Assembly (NCBI GenBank): GCA_027251445.1
Contig: JAPNQO010000101.1
Location: 1 to 47,066 of the forward strand
Origin: Fidelibacterota bacterium
GTDB lineage: Bacteria; Fidelibacterota; Marinisomatia; Marinisomatales; TCS55
Direction of reading: 5' to 3'
Length of the DNA stretch: 47,066 nt
Shown here: positions 1 to 9,409 of the stretch, piece by piece
Layout of the letters: each line of letters starts with the position of its first letter
Position numbering within the stretch: position 1 is the first letter of the stretch
Notes under the pieces: model-generated
Databases searched by the model: none
What the model was told of the DNA's origin: nothing
The model's input: only the letters and a program-made list of their open reading frames with translations
Translations under genes and position numbers: made by a program

Positions 1-116
1 GATAATTTCTGATTATTCTTTATCAAAAAAATTAAAATAAAAATATATCCAGAGCTTAATTGAATTATCTTAAATTTGATAAAATCAAATTATTCTTTAA
101 AAAAAATAATTATTAA

Positions 117-1868
117 ATGAAATTATTAATCAAATCGATGCTAGCAATTACGCCTTTATTTGCTGTTGATTTAATCTTTTTTGGTGGTCATATCATAACT
201 ATGGATGACCAATACCCATCTACAGAAGCTATTGCAATTAAAAATGGAAAAATTACAGCTATTGGGCAAACAGATGAGATTATGAAATTAAAATCATGGA
301 AAACTAATATTTTTAATTTGCATGGCAATACGTTAATGCCAGGATTTATTGAAGCACATTGCCATCCCATTGCTACAGCTATATTAAGCCAGGTCGTAGA
401 TATAAGTGGGTTTCAATATAATTCAAGATCAGAAATCTTTAAAACAATCCATGAGGCTGTCGAAAAAGCGTCCCCAGGAGAATGGGTCTTAGCCTTTGGG
501 TGGGATCCTATATTGGTATCAGATTTACATAACCCAACATTGACTGAACTGGATAGTATTTCAAAAGATACACCTATATTTATACTAACTCAAATGATGC
601 ATCATGCTTTTGTTAATTCTGCAGTATATGATCAAGCAGGCATTACAAAAAATACACCAAACCCTGATGGTGGTGGAGTATTTCAAAAGGATAATCAAGG
701 TAATTTAAATGGAGTAATTTACGAGCTTAGTGCACTACAATATATTCTTGATAAAATGCCAAAGACTCCTCGAGGCACAGCAGAGTTATTGCTTAATCTA
801 CAATATGCAAAATATGCTAAAGCTGGCTATACTTCCATTTCTGTATTGGGACCTGTAAATATTGCAGGTAACCCATTACAATTCATGGAAAATCTATCTA
901 ATTATACTTCCCCTGTACGTTCGTATGTATATCCATTACAAAGCCAGCTAGATAACTCAAGCTATGTGAATGGTTACGGAAATGAATTTTTTAAAATAAA
1001 AGGTGTAAAACTATATATGGATGGCTCACCCTATACTGGGGGTGCAGCTTTTTCAGATCCATATTTAAATACTGATTTAACTTTAAACCGAATGGGTTTA
1101 AAAAAAGATCATGTTGGATCAGTAAATTTTACAAATGATTCATTATTATCTACTTTAACATATTACCATACAAATAACTATCAAGTTGCAATACATGCTC
1201 AAGGTGAAATTGCCATACAAAAAATATTAGATGCTTTTAAAATAATTTTATCTAAACACCCACGATCTGATCATAGGCATAGAATAGAACACAACGCTTT
1301 AATTACTAAAGAACAAATTATTCAAGCTAAAAAGCTTGGTATTACACTGAGTTTTTTTATTGATCATATTTATTACTATGGGGATCAATTACCAAACATC
1401 ATTGGTGATAAAAGAGCAGCAAGATTTATGCCGATTCAATCAGCAATATCTAGTGGACATATTGCTACGATTCATACTGATAATCCTGCTACACCTGTTG
1501 ACCCTTTTCGCGCATTATCAACTTCAGTAAATCGACAAACAAGAGACACAAAATCTATATTGGGCCCAGATGAAATAATCTCGATTTATGATGCTCTTAA
1601 AGCAATAACAATAAATGCCGCTTGGCAAGTGTCTGAAGAAGAAAGCATAGGTTCCATAAAGATTGGAAAATCAGCAGACCTTGTGTTGCTATCGGAAAAT
1701 CCTCTCAAATCAAAGGATTTTGATTTAAAAAATATTAATGTTATAAGCACATGGATTGAAGGAGAAAAAGTGAACACATCTCCATATACTTGGCAAAATT
1801 TCAAATTAGTTATAATAATAATAATTGATTATTTAAAAATGAAAGTTGCAGGTTGGTTCAATATTTAA
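117..1868 (+). CDS. Amidohydrolase family protein (YtcJ-like, Amidohydro_3), probably exported
   Basis: 583-aa ORF with GxIxTMD/AIAIKNGKI N-terminal strands, PGFIEAHCH (HxH), KLYMDGS, IHAQG, RHRIEH, HTDNP and GSIKIGKSADLVLL motifs; short hydrophobic N-terminus. Confidence 0.9.
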   Translation: MKLLIKSMLAITPLFAVDLIFFGGHIITMDDQYPSTEAIAIKNGKITAIGQTDEIMKLKSWKTNIFNLHGNTLMPGFIEAHCHPIATAILSQVVDISGFQYNSRSEIFKTIHEAVEKASPGEWVLAFGWDPILVSDLHNPTLTELDSISKDTPIFILTQMMHHAFVNSAVYDQAGITKNTPNPDGGGVFQKDNQGNLNGVIYELSALQYILDKMPKTPRGTAELLLNLQYAKYAKAGYTSISVLGPVNIAGNPLQFMENLSNYTSPVRSYVYPLQSQLDNSSYVNGYGNEFFKIKGVKLYMDGSPYTGGAAFSDPYLNTDLTLNRMGLKKDHVGSVNFTNDSLLSTLTYYHTNNYQVAIHAQGEIAIQKILDAFKIILSKHPRSDHRHRIEHNALITKEQIIQAKKLGITLSFFIDHIYYYGDQLPNIIGDKRAARFMPIQSAISSGHIATIHTDNPATPVDPFRALSTSVNRQTRDTKSILGPDEIISIYDALKAITINAAWQVSEEESIGSIKIGKSADLVLLSENPLKSKDFDLKNINVISTWIEGEKVNTSPYTWQNFKLVIIIIIDYLKMKVAGWFNI

Positions 1869-1924
1869 TGTCATAGTTTGTTTATAAAAAGATATTTAAA
1901 TTTTTTCATAGATAGGATTTTCAA

Positions 1925-2731
1925 ATGAGTTTTATTATCAAGCTTTTTCTTTACTTATTCATTTCGACATCGGTACTAGTTTTTAGCTATGATGTAGTAA
2001 AGTATGCACGTGACTCCATGAGAATAAGCAATATGAATACTCTATATAGAGTCATTCTATACTACCAAGGTATGGAAGAGGCAACTCCACCCTCTGGAAA
2101 AAAATACAATCCATCAACATTTCTCATTAATAAAGGGTACTTGGAAAATGAATTCCGAGACCCTGCATTTACTAGCTCAACAGTTTTAATGGATGAATAT
2201 GCTTTTATGATTATAAAATTCTATGAAAACGTGACAAAATATGTAGATCCTGAGGCTGTTAATAATATCACATCACAATTAACAGAAAATTTTGATTCAA
2301 TTTTTTCGGACACGTATGAAGATTCAAATGAAAACCTAGAACGAATTAGGTCCATAATTGATAATGATGCAATTCTAAGAAATCGTCAGGAACTTAAGCG
2401 AATTGTTAATATTAAAGATCAAGATATCCCAAAGTTCAGAAAGATGATGCGAGACTCAGACCTAAAAAAGAAAATTGCAGAGATCAAAAAGCAAGCAACA
2501 CAACCAATACCACCGGACTGTTTAATAGCTTACATTTCAAACGTCGGAACTAACGAGTTTGAAATTAGCGTGAAACTAGAGAGTAGATTTATGCAGAATA
2601 AGATGCGAAACGATGGAGGTAATGATGATAATCGATTGGAGATTGGAAATAATTTACAGTTAAATACCGAAATTGAGGTCTATGGAAACAAAGCAAGAGC
2701 AAAAAAATCTCGGGTCTCAGTAATAAGATAA
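1925..2731 (+). CDS. Membrane-anchored hypothetical protein resembling type IV pilin/pseudopilin globular domains
   Basis: 268-aa ORF with an N-terminal TM helix followed by ARDSMRISNMNTL, GYL...DP and FEISVKLES...NDGGNDD..LEIG; no GFTLIE prepilin site. Confidence 0.55.
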   Translation: MSFIIKLFLYLFISTSVLVFSYDVVKYARDSMRISNMNTLYRVILYYQGMEEATPPSGKKYNPSTFLINKGYLENEFRDPAFTSSTVLMDEYAFMIIKFYENVTKYVDPEAVNNITSQLTENFDSIFSDTYEDSNENLERIRSIIDNDAILRNRQELKRIVNIKDQDIPKFRKMMRDSDLKKKIAEIKKQATQPIPPDCLIAYISNVGTNEFEISVKLESRFMQNKMRNDGGNDDNRLEIGNNLQLNTEIEVYGNKARAKKSRVSVIR

Positions 2732-2764
2732 TCTCTGTTATATAATAAATAGAGATATTTATTT
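2731..2764 (+). terminator. Possible weak intrinsic terminator after the pilin-like gene
   Basis: ATCTCTGTT / AATAGAGAT 9-bp stem (one G-U pair) followed by ATTTATTT; AT-rich, so weak. Confidence 0.3.
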
Positions 2765-2818
2765 AATTAATATTTTTTTTAAATAGTGTTGGTAAAAAGA
2801 TAAGAAAATATATTAATA

Positions 2819-2835
2819 TTCGACCGCTAGTCGAA
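2819..2835. promoter_or_regulatory. Candidate TetR operator, TTCGAC-N5-GTCGAA
   Basis: Perfect 6-bp inverted repeat containing GC in a very AT-rich spacer, 10 bp upstream of the tetR start codon. Confidence 0.55.
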
Positions 2836-2845
2836 ATACAAACTT

Positions 2846-3439
2846 ATGCTTTCAGACCGCCAATTAGAAGAACGTAAACTTAGACAGGATCGCATCCTTT
2901 CCAGTGCGCTTGATGTATTTAAAGCAAATGGCTTGGACGGTGCAACAATGGACTCTATTGCAGAAAAAGCAGGGTTTGGAAAAGCTACCCTGTATTATTA
3001 CTTCTCTTCCAAAGAAGAAGTTTTTCTAGGCATTATGGAAGAGGGTTGGAAATCATTATTAGCGAGCCTAGAAGTAATTATACAAGAAGAACAAAGCCCT
3101 AGAAAGACTTTTATAAAAATTTTAGTTCAAATAGCCCAAAATGCGAAACAGAGGCCTAATCTTTATGAATTTCTTTTTCAGGCACCAAAGGTAATAAATC
3201 TCACTGAATTTGATGATCAAAAATGGAAAAAGCACCAAGGGAAGCTTTATTCCATTCTCCAAGGCTTATTGGAAGATGGAATTGAACGAAAAGAATTTCC
3301 AAAGCTAAATAGCAATTTAATGTTTAAAGCCATAGGAGGCTTATTCACTGGACTCATTTTCTTTGGCGATAAGAAGAAAACGGACATATCAGAAGAAGAG
3401 GTTGAAGCTCTCTTAAATAACTTAATCAGTAAACAGTAA
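2846..3439 (+). CDS. TetR/AcrR family transcriptional regulator
   Basis: ILSSALDVF...GLDGATMDSIAEKAGFGKATLYYYFSSKEEVF helix-turn-helix signature; 197 aa. Confidence 0.95.
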   Translation: MLSDRQLEERKLRQDRILSSALDVFKANGLDGATMDSIAEKAGFGKATLYYYFSSKEEVFLGIMEEGWKSLLASLEVIIQEEQSPRKTFIKILVQIAQNAKQRPNLYEFLFQAPKVINLTEFDDQKWKKHQGKLYSILQGLLEDGIERKEFPKLNSNLMFKAIGGLFTGLIFFGDKKKTDISEEEVEALLNNLISKQ

Positions 3440-3446
3440 GAAGCTA

Positions 3447-5624
3447 ATGAAAAAAATATTCTGTTATTTAGTACTTACTTTCTACCCGATTGCAGCAGCA
3501 ACCATACAAGGGATTGTCATAGATGAAACTGATAACACTCCGTTGATCGGTGCAAATGTATTATTAAATAATCTGGACATTGGAGGTACCACAGATATAA
3601 ACGGTGAATTCACTTTTTCAGGTATTAATAAAGGTCAATTAAATCTTGAAATTTCAATGATAGGATATGATAAGCATCAGAAAACGATTTTAATTGAAAA
3701 TAATGAAAATTTGAAATTGATTGTTTATTTAAAAAGAGAGCCTATTATATGGCAAACAATAAATGTTGTGGGCATGTTCCCATCCAAACATTCACCTGAA
3801 ATAACACAAATTGTTAATAATAAAACTTTAATTCAAAAAAACAGTTCTAGCATATCTGGTTTATTAAAATCAATATATGGTTTTGATTTACAGATGGCAC
3901 ATACTCATGGTCGTAATGTAAATATTTCTATACGAGGTTCCTCAGATTATAAACCAGGTGGTTACAATAATAGAGTTCTACTACTCATTGATGGTTTTCC
4001 AGTTTCGATACCAAATTCAGGCGCTCCTGATTGGAATGCAATTCCATTAGAAAATATTGATCGTATAGAAATAGTAAGAGGACCTGCTTCTTCGTTATAT
4101 GGTCATAATTCTATGGGTGGTGTAATCAACATGGTTACAAAATCAAATTTTTCAAATAAAACTTTTAGGTATGATGCAGGAATTGGAAGTTTCAATAATA
4201 GTATTTTAAATCTTAATTATAGTCAGAAAATTAATAATATTAATCTTTTTACTTCAGCAGGTTATAATAATTCAAATGGACACCGTTTTAATGCAAATCA
4301 TAATACTATTAGAGGATCAATAAAACTTAAGAGTAATTCAAACAATCAAAAGAATTGGTCTCTATCTGGAATCATAACAAAATCTAATAATGGTCAACCA
4401 GGCTTTATATACCCTGATAACCCTGGATTAATTTCATACAGACAATCTGAAAGAGTGAGTAGTTATATCCAATTATTTTATTCATTACCAGTTTTTAATA
4501 ATGGATACTTATCCTCATCTATCGGAATTAACCATTTTAATACAATATATAATGATAGAGATGACACACCAATTGATAAAATTCAGGGGCAAACTACATA
4601 TAATGATCAAATGCTATTACTCCGAAATGAGTATCAACATTTTTTTAACGATAAATCAATTCTGACTATTGGTACAGAATTTGGAAATGATCAATCGAAA
4701 GCAGATGTTATTAATTCTATTTATAATCAACCTGTTCAACAGACAATAGCAATATTTAGTCAATTGAAAAAAAATGTAAACACACTATTGAAAATGGATA
4801 TTGGAATTCGATATGATTACCGTTGGGTTCAAGGAGGAAATAATTATCCTAAAAAATTGTTTCAAGCTTTTTCTCCTAAATTCAATATGTACTTTCAATC
4901 AACGCCAGAAAAACAATACCACATATCATTAAATCGTGGCTTTAGAGCCCCATCTATATCTGAACTATTCTTAGAGCATGAAAGCAGCTATGGATTACAA
5001 TTTCGTGGAAACTCAACTCTACAACCAGAATATTTAACTGCGGCAGAAATAGGTTTTAAAAGGAACAAAAATCAAAGTCATTCTTGGTTCACAAATATAT
5101 TCTACAATTATTATAGTGATATGATAGACTTTGTTTACACGATTCCTGTAGAATCTATAAATCGAACAAATGTTGAAGCGTATGGATTCGAAATAGGCGG
5201 TATTCAAGAACTGCCATTTGATATTGCAAATTTAGAATTCAGTTATTCGTATCTGGATATGAAAGATTTAAAGAACCCTGACTTGCCAATACTCTACAGA
5301 TCTAAACATACTGTAAAAGGCTCAATACATAAACCAATAATCGAAAATATAAATTTTTCTTTATCATTTAATTATAAAAGTTCACAACTATATGAAGACT
5401 TTCTTAGCGATGACCATCCTGTTGTGGATAATATTTTTCGCTTCCCAATCAAAAAGATATCGGACACAATTCTTTTTGATTTTCAACTTTCAAAAACTTT
5501 TACCAATTATAAAATAAAAGGAACAGTTAGAAATATTTTTGATAAAGAATATGTTTTGATTCAAGATTACCCAATGCCCGGTAGAACATGGCAAATAAAT
5601 TTCTCAAAAAATATAAATAATTAA
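3447..5624 (+). CDS. TonB-dependent receptor with N-terminal carboxypeptidase-regulatory-like domain
   Basis: Signal peptide; PLIGANV..GGTTDINGEF; plug motifs ISIRGS, VLLLIDG and IDRIEIVRGPASSLYG..SMGGVINMVTK; RGFRAPS, LQPE, NIFDKEY and PGRTW C-terminal box. Confidence 0.93.
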   Translation: MKKIFCYLVLTFYPIAAATIQGIVIDETDNTPLIGANVLLNNLDIGGTTDINGEFTFSGINKGQLNLEISMIGYDKHQKTILIENNENLKLIVYLKREPIIWQTINVVGMFPSKHSPEITQIVNNKTLIQKNSSSISGLLKSIYGFDLQMAHTHGRNVNISIRGSSDYKPGGYNNRVLLLIDGFPVSIPNSGAPDWNAIPLENIDRIEIVRGPASSLYGHNSMGGVINMVTKSNFSNKTFRYDAGIGSFNNSILNLNYSQKINNINLFTSAGYNNSNGHRFNANHNTIRGSIKLKSNSNNQKNWSLSGIITKSNNGQPGFIYPDNPGLISYRQSERVSSYIQLFYSLPVFNNGYLSSSIGINHFNTIYNDRDDTPIDKIQGQTTYNDQMLLLRNEYQHFFNDKSILTIGTEFGNDQSKADVINSIYNQPVQQTIAIFSQLKKNVNTLLKMDIGIRYDYRWVQGGNNYPKKLFQAFSPKFNMYFQSTPEKQYHISLNRGFRAPSISELFLEHESSYGLQFRGNSTLQPEYLTAAEIGFKRNKNQSHSWFTNIFYNYYSDMIDFVYTIPVESINRTNVEAYGFEIGGIQELPFDIANLEFSYSYLDMKDLKNPDLPILYRSKHTVKGSIHKPIIENINFSLSFNYKSSQLYEDFLSDDHPVVDNIFRFPIKKISDTILFDFQLSKTFTNYKIKGTVRNIFDKEYVLIQDYPMPGRTWQINFSKNINN

Positions 5625-5638
5625 TAAGGACATAAAAA

Positions 5639-6061
5639 ATGATTAAAACGCTTACAAATATACTTATAGTTATTTCTTTAATAATAACTATCGCCTGTGA
5701 AGATACCAAAACCAACGAAAGTGAAGCTCTAGCTGAATCCGGTTCAATTTATGGAAAAATCACTTTTAATGGAAGTTGGCCTGATAGTGGTACAGTATTA
5801 CTCACATTAAACACAGTATATCCACCTACAGGGCCACCTGCTGGTTTTGAATATCTTTCATTAGAAAACTTATTAAATAATGAATATGATTATTCTTTTA
5901 ATAATCTTTCTTTTACAAATTATGCAGCGGTATCGGTAACACATTGGCCAGATGATTATCCAAATGGTTCATATAGTACTCTAGGTGGACATTATGAAGA
6001 TATGAACGTAACTCAGGCTGATGCAGATTTAGAAATTAACTTTAACGCTAATTTCGAATGA
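5639..6061 (+). CDS. Putative lipoprotein
   Basis: Lipobox-like IITIA-C followed by an acidic linker (EDTKTNESE) and a beta-rich domain; SD-like AAGGA upstream. Confidence 0.7.
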   Translation: MIKTLTNILIVISLIITIACEDTKTNESEALAESGSIYGKITFNGSWPDSGTVLLTLNTVYPPTGPPAGFEYLSLENLLNNEYDYSFNNLSFTNYAAVSVTHWPDDYPNGSYSTLGGHYEDMNVTQADADLEINFNANFE

Positions 6062-6088
6062 CAAAGTAATAAAGAGCGCTAATTTTAT

Positions 6089-6130
6089 TATAAAAAACCC
6101 CGTTTTATCATAAAAACGGGGTTTTTTATA
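6089..6130. terminator. Intrinsic, probably bidirectional, terminator
   Basis: Perfect 18-bp inverted repeat TATAAAAAACCCCGTTTT / AAAACGGGGTTTTTTATA with a 6-nt loop and T-tracts on both strands. Confidence 0.9.
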
Positions 6131-6141
6131 TATCCATGTTT

Positions 6142-6170
6142 TTGCATTCATTGTAACAAAGAAGTAAATT
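6142..6170 (+). promoter_or_regulatory. Putative sigma70-type promoter TTGCAT-N17-TAAATT
   Basis: -35/-10-like hexamers 17 nt apart, directly after the terminator and about 40 bp before ATG 6212. Confidence 0.5.
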
Positions 6171-6211
6171 ACCTAAATCCGAGTAAATTATTTTAATTGA
6201 GGTATGTAATT

Positions 6212-8305
6212 ATGTATAAATCAAAATTAAATATTATTTCTATTATCCTTGTAATAGTAAATATGAATATTACTGCAAGTGATGATGATAGCTTATATTT
6301 CCATTTCGAACCAGATTCAATCAATTTAAAAATTGGCGACTCCACATATGTTAAAGTATCATTACTATCTAAAGACGGGTCATTATCTAAAAATCAATTT
6401 TTGTTAACAGGTGAATGGGAAGCTGTTGAAGTGAAACCTTGGATTAGTAATCCAGATGGTATTGCACGTGTTAAATTAAAAGTTTTCAAACCTGGTTCAT
6501 TTAATCTAAACGCTTCCAGTATCACCGATGATCGGTTTAAAAGAGTTCGAGGAAGCCTACCAATTACAGTACCAGCTGCTCCAATTCAGATAGTTGAATT
6601 TATTGATCCTCCAATACAAGCTTATGAAGGGACAAGAATAAAATTTTTAGCAAAAGTTGTAGATCAAGCGGGAGTAATAAGAAATAATATAAATCCTATT
6701 TTTACTTCATCTAATGAAACAATAGCAAACTTTGATGATTTTGGAAACCTATCGATTAAAAAAAGAGGTAAAGTTCAGCTTACGGTTTCCTTAAATAGTG
6801 AATTAGATAATAACATTTCTTCATCAATAGACATTCGTATTGTAAGAAATCCAGTGAAAAAAATAGAATTATCAGTACCTGATGGATCATACCGAACAGG
6901 AGATGTGATAAATTTTAAGGCTAAAGCAATGACGGCTTCAGGAAAAGAAATAACAGATGTACCAATAGAATTCTCATTCACAGGTAAAGCAAATTACGGG
7001 ATTGGACTTCCTGCTAGTGGAGTAGTTACTCCGGAAGGAAAATTTGTTGCTGATAATCCTGGAGAATATATTATTTATGCTACTTCTAGTGGCTATACTT
7101 CTTCTTTCACGGTCAAAGTCAATCCAAGAAATATTCAAAAACGTGCAAAGTTAGTTGGGCATGGGTTAATAACAGATGTTTTTACTTCAGATTTGTGGGT
7201 TTGGCAAGGCGTAGATGAATTTAGTGATCGTGATTTCGCTGTTACAGGAACATGGGAAGCAAATGGTGAAGCTTATTTTTGGGAAGTTACTGACCCTACC
7301 AACTTAGTTATTATTGATACAGTAACAGTTGACGCAAGAACTATAAATGATGTAAAAATATCCGCAGATGGACGTATTGGGGTTATGACAAGAGAAGGTG
7401 CTTCAAGTAGAAAGAATGGTGTAGTAATACTAGATGTAAGTAATCCTTATAATGTAATAATATTATCTGAGTTTAATGATGGTCTTACAGGAGGAGTTCA
7501 TAATGCTTTTATCTATGATAATCATGTATATGCTGTCAATAATGGAAGAAAGTACGATATTATAAATATATCAGATCCTAGTAATCCATGGAGAGTAAAT
7601 AGTTACGAATTGAACACACCTGGACATAGTATTCATGATGTATGGATTGAAAATGGAATAGCCTATTCTTCGAACTGGAGTGATGGGGTTCACGTGGTTG
7701 ATATTGGTGGCTTACAGTTTTCTGAAGAGAACCGATATACTATAATGAATAATCCTATTTTACAATCAGCGGGTAAAGGGAGTACAAGAAATCCAATTTT
7801 AATGTCATCAATAAAAGATACTACTGGTAGAAATCATGCGGCATTTCCATTTTTAAGTAAATCAACAGGTAGCTTTTATGTCATTGCTGGTGATGAACAT
7901 TTTCCCTTTGGATTAGGAGAAATTCAAAACAAAGAACCTGCAAACCCTCGCGGTGGTTATCATTTTTTAAATATGAATGACTATGAAAATCCGGTTGAAG
8001 AGGCAATTTATCAAGTTCCTGAAGCAGGGTCTCACAACTTATGGGTACAAGGTGATACATTATATACTGCATTTTATCAAGGAGGATTACGAGTTGTTGA
8101 TATATCAGGTGAGTTACTTGGTGATTTATACAAGCAAGGAAGAGAAATAGCATTTTATTTATCTAATCATCCAGAAGGACGCATTCCAAATGCTACAATG
8201 GCGTGGGGTCCACAGCCTTATAAGAATCATATTTTCTTTGCGGATATGAATAGCGGACTATATGCAGTTAAATTGGTGGATTTTGAAAAACAGGAAGATG
8301 AATAA
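6212..8305 (+). CDS. Secreted Ig-like domain plus LVIVD-repeat beta-propeller protein
   Basis: ATG 6212 with GAGGT SD (the ORF track starts at TTG 6197); signal peptide; Big_2-like FTSSNETIA segment; LVIVD-type blades VVILDVSNP, DIINISDPSNP, GVHVVDI and GLRVVDIS. Confidence 0.8.
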   Translation: MYKSKLNIISIILVIVNMNITASDDDSLYFHFEPDSINLKIGDSTYVKVSLLSKDGSLSKNQFLLTGEWEAVEVKPWISNPDGIARVKLKVFKPGSFNLNASSITDDRFKRVRGSLPITVPAAPIQIVEFIDPPIQAYEGTRIKFLAKVVDQAGVIRNNINPIFTSSNETIANFDDFGNLSIKKRGKVQLTVSLNSELDNNISSSIDIRIVRNPVKKIELSVPDGSYRTGDVINFKAKAMTASGKEITDVPIEFSFTGKANYGIGLPASGVVTPEGKFVADNPGEYIIYATSSGYTSSFTVKVNPRNIQKRAKLVGHGLITDVFTSDLWVWQGVDEFSDRDFAVTGTWEANGEAYFWEVTDPTNLVIIDTVTVDARTINDVKISADGRIGVMTREGASSRKNGVVILDVSNPYNVIILSEFNDGLTGGVHNAFIYDNHVYAVNNGRKYDIINISDPSNPWRVNSYELNTPGHSIHDVWIENGIAYSSNWSDGVHVVDIGGLQFSEENRYTIMNNPILQSAGKGSTRNPILMSSIKDTTGRNHAAFPFLSKSTGSFYVIAGDEHFPFGLGEIQNKEPANPRGGYHFLNMNDYENPVEEAIYQVPEAGSHNLWVQGDTLYTAFYQGGLRVVDISGELLGDLYKQGREIAFYLSNHPEGRIPNATMAWGPQPYKNHIFFADMNSGLYAVKLVDFEKQEDE

Positions 8306-8308
8306 ATA

Positions 8309-9409
8309 TTGATAATGAATTTTTCTAAAGTTCTCTTATTTCTTACAATTTTCCTAAACACTCTTCAGGGAAAAGAATATTATTTATATGTTACATCAGA
8401 GTCTCAAGATGAAGTTCATCTAATAATGTTTGACGGTGAAGAAGGAAAAGTCATTAAAGATATTCCTGTAGGTGTTTGGCCTTTAGAGATTGAGGGTCCT
8501 CATGGAATAACTATATCACCAGATGGTAAGCATTGGTACTTATCACTCGCGCATGGGTTTCCATATGGTCATGTTTATAAATATGAAACAGGAACTGATA
8601 AACTCATTGACCGTGTTGAATTGGGTTTATTTCCTGCTACGATGCAAATTTCAAACGCAACTGGTCTATTATATGTAGTAAATTTTAATCTTCATGGTAA
8701 GCACGAGCCAAGCACTATATCTATAGTTGATCCAGAGGAAATGATTGAAGTAAATCGTATTGAAACCGGAGTCATGCCTCATGGATCAAGGATAACAAAC
8801 AATGGATTAAAACAATATTCAGTTGCAATGATGTCAGGAACATTATATGAACTTGATGTTCTCAAATTTGAAGTTAGTAGAACGCTTTTTACAGGGATAA
8901 AGAAACATAGGCAAATGAATCACTCAATGGGACATATGAACCATAAAAATATGAAGAAACATAAGATGCCCAAGGAAAAGCCAACCTGGGTATATCCACA
9001 TCCAAATGATCAGTATGTCTATGTGGTAAATAACGGTGCGGATAATGTTGTTGAAGTTGACTTAAAAAAATGGACTATTACACGAAAATTTAATACAGAT
9101 AAAGGGCCGTATAATTGCGAAGTAAGTCCAAATGGAAAATATTTGGTAGTTACTTATAAATCCGCAGCAAAGACTGGAATTTGGGAACTAAATTCAGGAA
9201 TTGAATTAATACGATTAAAAAACACCAGAAGGGTTACTCATGGTGTAGTGATTTCTCCAGATAGCAGATATGCATTTGTCTCTGTTGAAGGAGTTGGAGG
9301 AGAGCCAGGCTCTGTTGATATAATCGATATAGAAAAATTAGCACTAATTAATCATGTTGAAGTAGGTAAGCAAGCAGGTGGAATAGCTTTCTGGAAAATG
9401 TCTAATTAA
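8309..9409 (+). CDS. YncE/YVTN-family beta-propeller protein with His/Met-rich loop
   Basis: Signal peptide; blades LYVTSES, GPHGITISPDGK, VMPHGS, YVYVVNNG, EVSPNGK and THGVVISPDSR; 3 bp downstream of the previous gene. Confidence 0.85.
   Translation: MIMNFSKVLLFLTIFLNTLQGKEYYLYVTSESQDEVHLIMFDGEEGKVIKDIPVGVWPLEIEGPHGITISPDGKHWYLSLAHGFPYGHVYKYETGTDKLIDRVELGLFPATMQISNATGLLYVVNFNLHGKHEPSTISIVDPEEMIEVNRIETGVMPHGSRITNNGLKQYSVAMMSGTLYELDVLKFEVSRTLFTGIKKHRQMNHSMGHMNHKNMKKHKMPKEKPTWVYPHPNDQYVYVVNNGADNVVEVDLKKWTITRKFNTDKGPYNCEVSPNGKYLVVTYKSAAKTGIWELNSGIELIRLKNTRRVTHGVVISPDSRYAFVSVEGVGGEPGSVDIIDIEKLALINHVEVGKQAGGIAFWKMSN

Noticed and set aside
2732..2845. Cobalamin/TPP riboswitch ahead of the TBDR operon
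   Set aside because: Spacer is short and extremely AT-rich with no recognisable riboswitch core
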